50,319 nt of DNA from Candidatus Krumholzibacteriia bacterium. Its GTDB lineage: Bacteria; Krumholzibacteriota; Krumholzibacteriia; WVZY01. Where the stretch lies: NCBI GenBank assembly GCA_036478295.1, contig JAZGDW010000297.1, forward strand, positions 1 through 50,319, in the 5' to 3' direction. Position 1 is the stretch's first letter; each line of letters opens with the position of its first letter. The notes under the pieces are model-generated. The model saw nothing but the letters and a program-made list of their open reading frames with translations, was not told the origin of the DNA and ran no database searches. This document shows positions 46,528-50,319 of the stretch, in pieces. The position numbers and the translations under genes were made by a program.

Positions 46528-49500
46528 CTATCCGTTTCGGGCGTGGACTGTATCGCCCGGAGACACCCGCACACCTTTACGCGGCTCCGTGTCCATCGCG
46601 CGAAGGTACGCGGACGAGCGTGCCCGCTCGTTTTCCACCAGCGGGCGAACCTGAAAGAGCCACACACTGCCGCCTGCAAAACCCAACTCGACGTCGTACG
46701 GGCCCTCGAAGCCTTCGCCGAGGACACCGGCGAGCGCCTGCTTTATTTCGGCGGCAAGCGTACGCAGCACCGCTCGCTCCTCCGCGGTCAGGATCGGCCG
46801 GCTGAAGCCCGTGTACTCCCGGCTCGTGCCACCGGCTGCCGGCAGGCGCGTGTACCGCCCCGCCCGCGCAGGGGCGAGCAGGATGTCCGCCCCGTCTTCC
46901 CGCAGCAGGTACATCTCCGCGGCCTGTCCCGCGACCGCGCCCCCCGCGCCGCGGTTGAAGGCAACGGTCACATCATTCGGGTTGGCGGATTCGAGGCCGG
47001 TCGTAATCATGACGCCGGACTTGTCCACGTCGATGCTCCGCAGGATGAGGATGCTGGGAAAAACGTTCTCCGGGTTGGCGAGATAACGCTGGCGCCAGCG
47101 GTAACTACGCTCGGAAAACGGCGAGGCCCAGACGTCGCGTATCGCCTGCAGGATGTTTCCCTCGGCGACGACGTTGGCCGCCGTCAGGTTCAACCCGGCG
47201 CCGGTAAAATCCGCCAGGTCCTCCATGTTGGTGTCGCTGCGGATGAACACCGGTACCCGTCCCAGCGAATCACCGAACACGTCGTAAAAAACGCGCGCGA
47301 AGGCCTCTCGTCCTTCGGGCAAAACCGGCATCCTGCCGATGGCGTCCCGCAACAGCGACAGCCTGGACAGCACGTACCCCGCAACCGCGCCCTCGCTTCC
47401 CGTGCTTTCCCGGTGGCGTTCCGCGCGGCGAAACGTCTCCTCGAGGAATTGCCAGTAGGATTCGTCGGCGCCCGGCATGGGCCGGTCCATGTGCCGGCGG
47501 AACACGCCGAAAGGTATCACCAAACCCGGGGCGACCCGGTGGGGGAAGAGGAGTTTGAGCTGCCCGAGGTTTGCCGCTTTGGGTCCGCAGATCCGCCCTG
47601 AATCGGATGCGCGGAGTGAATCCAGAGTGATGACACGGGCGATGTCAATGTTGAGCTTGTCCGTCGGCACCGCGATTTTTTGCCCGGCCGGACCGCCAGT
47701 GCCGATAAGATCTTTCTCTTCCGTTGTCATCTTCGACGCGGGCTTGATAACCACGTTGCCTCGCGGTGACACCGCGTAGAATACACGGTCGCCCGCGTAG
47801 TCGAGCAGCCGTTCGAACGTGCGCTGCGTGATGGCCGCGTTGGGAATACCGAGGTTGCGTGCGAGCAGCTGGACGTGGGAAACAGCGTTGCCTTCGGAAA
47901 CACTAACGATGCCCGCCACCGGCTCGAGATCGGCCGGCGGGTACGGCAGCACGTAGATTTTTTCGGGTGAAAAGGATACCTCGCCGGTTATTTCTTTTAT
48001 CACCTCGAGCTCACCCACGGCGAATCCCGGGTTCAACCCCCGGATCTGGACGCCCCCGCCAAGGTCGAAGACACGGTTGGTGACACCCGCGAGGCGGGCG
48101 CCCTCACGCATCAACCGGCCGGCCGCATCACCGAGCGGCAACAGAATCGATACACGAATGCGGTCATCGACAAAGCCGAGCGCCAGCGGCTCGAACTCCG
48201 CGTATAGCGCGATCACAGACTCGTACGCCACACGGGTCATGGCCGCGCCCCATTCCACCGCGCGCCGCGCCGCATCCACTTTTTGCGAGAACGCGGCCAG
48301 CGTTTCCGTCGAGTCCGCAACCTGCAGGATTGGCTGCAACTCGCCCCATTCCCACACCTCGACGAGCCCGCACCCCGCGGCCGCTTTCGCCAGCACTGCG
48401 GTCAAGGCCACCAGCCCACCGATGGTTTCCGGCCGCCACTCGGGGACCGTTCGCAGGAGAATCGCCTCGAGGTCCAGCGACAAGTCCATCATCGCCAGCC
48501 GGGTGGCGCCGTCGCCTGGTGAAGAAATATATTCACGAATGGTCCACAGCAGATCGGCGATCGCCCCGCACTTCACAGCAGTCGGGTTGCGGACGACGGG
48601 CACTGCGGCGGCAACCGTGTCCACGCCGGCCTGCGCTTGGGTCGTGTCCGTTTCCGCGGGCGTCGGCGCGATGGCCGTGCCGGGCTCCTTTGTGACCGGT
48701 TGCGCCCAGCCGACCACGTCCGCCCGCAGGATCGCCCGCAGCGCTCGGGCGACGGGACTGTCTTGCGGTATCCGGCCCAGGTACCGTTCCAGGCTCGAAA
48801 CGGTGGCCGAGCGGTACATCGTTTCCAGGTCACGCTCGAGGGCCTGCAACTGCTCGAGGAGATCCGGGGAAATCTTGTTGCGATGCCGCCCGATGAACGC
48901 GGTAACGCGCTGCCGGTCCGCTGCGTCCGGACGCCCATGGATCTTGATGCGGATATCCATGAAGGCGGGATACACATCGGCGATGCGTTTCGACATCGCC
49001 CGGACACGAGGCGCCCTGCCCTCGATCTCACGGTGGGGAATATCACGGCTGATCTCACGCCCCAGATAGAACTGTGACGTGAGGACCCAATCTGGTGCCA
49101 GGAGCCACGCGAGAAATTCCGCGCCCCAGGCGGATTCGTCCTCCGCCTGTACGGCGCCTCGGTAATGTTGGGCGCGCCTCATGATCCACCCGTCGTCGGC
49201 GGCGCGGAGGAACTTCTCCAGCTGAAACTGTTTCAGCCTCGAGAAACCGTTCGTTCCGTCCAGAAAAATGTCAAAGGGAGTTCCCGCGAGTATCTGTCCA
49301 AAATAGATGCCGAGCTCCTGCTCGATCTGGAGCGTTACATCCTTGGGCACGGCGTGTTGCATGCCGCCCGGCTCCGGGCAGGGATCCTTTGCGGCACGGA
49401 CCGTGCCGTCGGCGCAGAACCAGGCAATACGTTTGTAGGGTCCGCGTGGGTCCTTCTTGAAAGCCTCGACCAGGGCAACCAGGTCGCTGGCTTCCCTCGT

Positions 49501-49584
49501 CTCCGGCGTCCCGGGAACAAACAGGGCAACGGCGGTCAGGGCGATGATCAGGGTGATACGGTTGAGTTTCGAGTCAGCGGTCAT
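46528..49584 (-). CDS. Dikinase-like protein with a predicted N-terminal export signal: large unknown N-domain, phospho-His swivel domain, C-terminal PPDK-type ATP-grasp
   Basis: Hydrophobic N-terminus; EGNAVSHVQLLARNLGIP (His570); GPKAANLGQL, PGLVIPF, FIRSDTNMEDL..FTGAGLN, VWASPF, SGVMIT, DVELGF...WLFQVRP; no PEP/pyruvate TIM barrel. Confidence 0.85.
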   Translation of the reverse strand: MTADSKLNRITLIIALTAVALFVPGTPETREASDLVALVEAFKKDPRGPYKRIAWFCADGTVRAAKDPCPEPGGMQHAVPKDVTLQIEQELGIYFGQILAGTPFDIFLDGTNGFSRLKQFQLEKFLRAADDGWIMRRAQHYRGAVQAEDESAWGAEFLAWLLAPDWVLTSQFYLGREISRDIPHREIEGRAPRVRAMSKRIADVYPAFMDIRIKIHGRPDAADRQRVTAFIGRHRNKISPDLLEQLQALERDLETMYRSATVSSLERYLGRIPQDSPVARALRAILRADVVGWAQPVTKEPGTAIAPTPAETDTTQAQAGVDTVAAAVPVVRNPTAVKCGAIADLLWTIREYISSPGDGATRLAMMDLSLDLEAILLRTVPEWRPETIGGLVALTAVLAKAAAGCGLVEVWEWGELQPILQVADSTETLAAFSQKVDAARRAVEWGAAMTRVAYESVIALYAEFEPLALGFVDDRIRVSILLPLGDAAGRLMREGARLAGVTNRVFDLGGGVQIRGLNPGFAVGELEVIKEITGEVSFSPEKIYVLPYPPADLEPVAGIVSVSEGNAVSHVQLLARNLGIPNAAITQRTFERLLDYAGDRVFYAVSPRGNVVIKPASKMTTEEKDLIGTGGPAGQKIAVPTDKLNIDIARVITLDSLRASDSGRICGPKAANLGQLKLLFPHRVAPGLVIPFGVFRRHMDRPMPGADESYWQFLEETFRRAERHRESTGSEGAVAGYVLSRLSLLRDAIGRMPVLPEGREAFARVFYDVFGDSLGRVPVFIRSDTNMEDLADFTGAGLNLTAANVVAEGNILQAIRDVWASPFSERSYRWRQRYLANPENVFPSILILRSIDVDKSGVMITTGLESANPNDVTVAFNRGAGGAVAGQAAEMYLLREDGADILLAPARAGRYTRLPAAGGTSREYTGFSRPILTAEERAVLRTLAAEIKQALAGVLGEGFEGPYDVELGFAGGSVWLFQVRPLVENERARSSAYLRAMDTEPRKGVRVSPGDTVHARNG

Positions 49585-49994
49585 TTGCGTTCATTCGTCG
49601 TCCAAAGAGAGAGGATGATTACATCGAACACAAATAATAGAACGTACGGACAGTGCTGTCGAGCAGCTTCAACATGATGGGGTCAGCCGTCGCGCGGGGG
49701 GACAACAGGCCAACGGTCAGGGGGGTGGTTAGCGGACTTCTCTATTGGTCGCGTGCACCCCGGGATTTCTTACACGTCTGGTCGGGTGCGCCTGAAGTTT
49801 CGAACACGTCGATTCCGGAGCGGCGTTTGCCCGCATGGATTCTCCGGCGTTTTCTTGTAAGCAAACCGTCGACTCCTCTCACTAATCTATGACAGCAAGA
49901 ACGATCGCACAACAGGGAGGGAAGGGATGTCGCCGCGCAACCGATGGGACCGGCGTGGCGGCATTGTGGCGATCATCAAGAAGGAGGTTGTGGG

Positions 49995-50319
49995 ATGAAG
50001 AAGCTCGGAATCACAATGGTTATCGCCGCAATCCTCGTCATGACGGGTTGTACAGCAACCCGGGTTCATACCGATTACGATCCACGTTCTTCGTTCAAGG
50101 AACTGCGGACCTACTCGTGGATAGCTCAACCCACGGGCACACCGAGAAACGCCCCCGCCCTCTACAACCCGCTGCTAAGAGAGCGTGTCCAGAACGCCGT
50201 CGACGGCGAACTCGTCGGCCGCGGCTACCGCCGCGTTACCTCGGGCACGCCGGATTTTCGACTCGCTTACCACGTGAACGCCCAACCCCGGACGGAAATC
50301 GTGGAGACGGACGCATACT
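49995..50319 (+). CDS. DUF4136-type lipoprotein (runs off the window; absent from the ORF track)
   Basis: AAGGAGG RBS; MKKLGITMVIAAILVMTGC lipobox; V.TDYD...F..LRTYSW...NPL..ERV..AVD.EL..RGY......PDF. Confidence 0.8.
   Translation, partial: MKKLGITMVIAAILVMTGCTATRVHTDYDPRSSFKELRTYSWIAQPTGTPRNAPALYNPLLRERVQNAVDGELVGRGYRRVTSGTPDFRLAYHVNAQPRTEIVETDAY

Noticed and set aside
46528-49584. Annotation as ppsA, ppdK or rph
   Set aside because: Domain order differs, the PEP/pyruvate barrel is missing, and there is an N-terminal hydrophobic segment
49585-49994. 410-bp divergent intergenic region and its small ORFs
   Set aside because: No convincing RBS-ORF, riboswitch, tRNA or repeat visible by eye

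Overview
GC-rich bacterial chromosomal window with no rRNA, tRNA, CRISPR array, transposase or integrase that I can recognise. The S8 peptidase has a 'PNPFNP' FlgD-Ig/sorting-type tail, which weakly suggests an FCB-group candidate phylum (inference). Contents in order: a pentose-phosphate operon (tkt, tal-pgi fusion, gnd, partial zwf); a rhodanese with Ser at the catalytic Cys position; ggt; a metal/redox cluster that includes a UxxC glutaredoxin missed by the ORF track (probable selenoprotein); HAD, DUF72, quinone oxidoreductase and SDR genes; an exported TPR-CHAT protein lacking the catalytic His; TetR with a perfect 22-bp palindrome; pgeF, pit/DUF47, DUF547, an aminotransferase, xth and arfB; a tetrapyrrole operon (hemA, hemC-D fusion, hemB, hemE, hemL) headed by a MerR/Xis-type HTH gene; and S8 and S46 peptidases. 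Best novelty candidates: (1) two dispersed, homologous, unannotated ~180-210-nt rod-like elements (21831-22042 and 28277-28453) sharing a collinear core and a kink-turn-like motif; (2) an apparently exported dikinase with glucan-water-dikinase-like domain order, clustered with two exported beta-lactamase/PBP-fold serine hydrolases (44212-49584); (3) the Sec glutaredoxin and its metal cluster. All calls come from reading motifs by eye; no database searches or folding programs were run.
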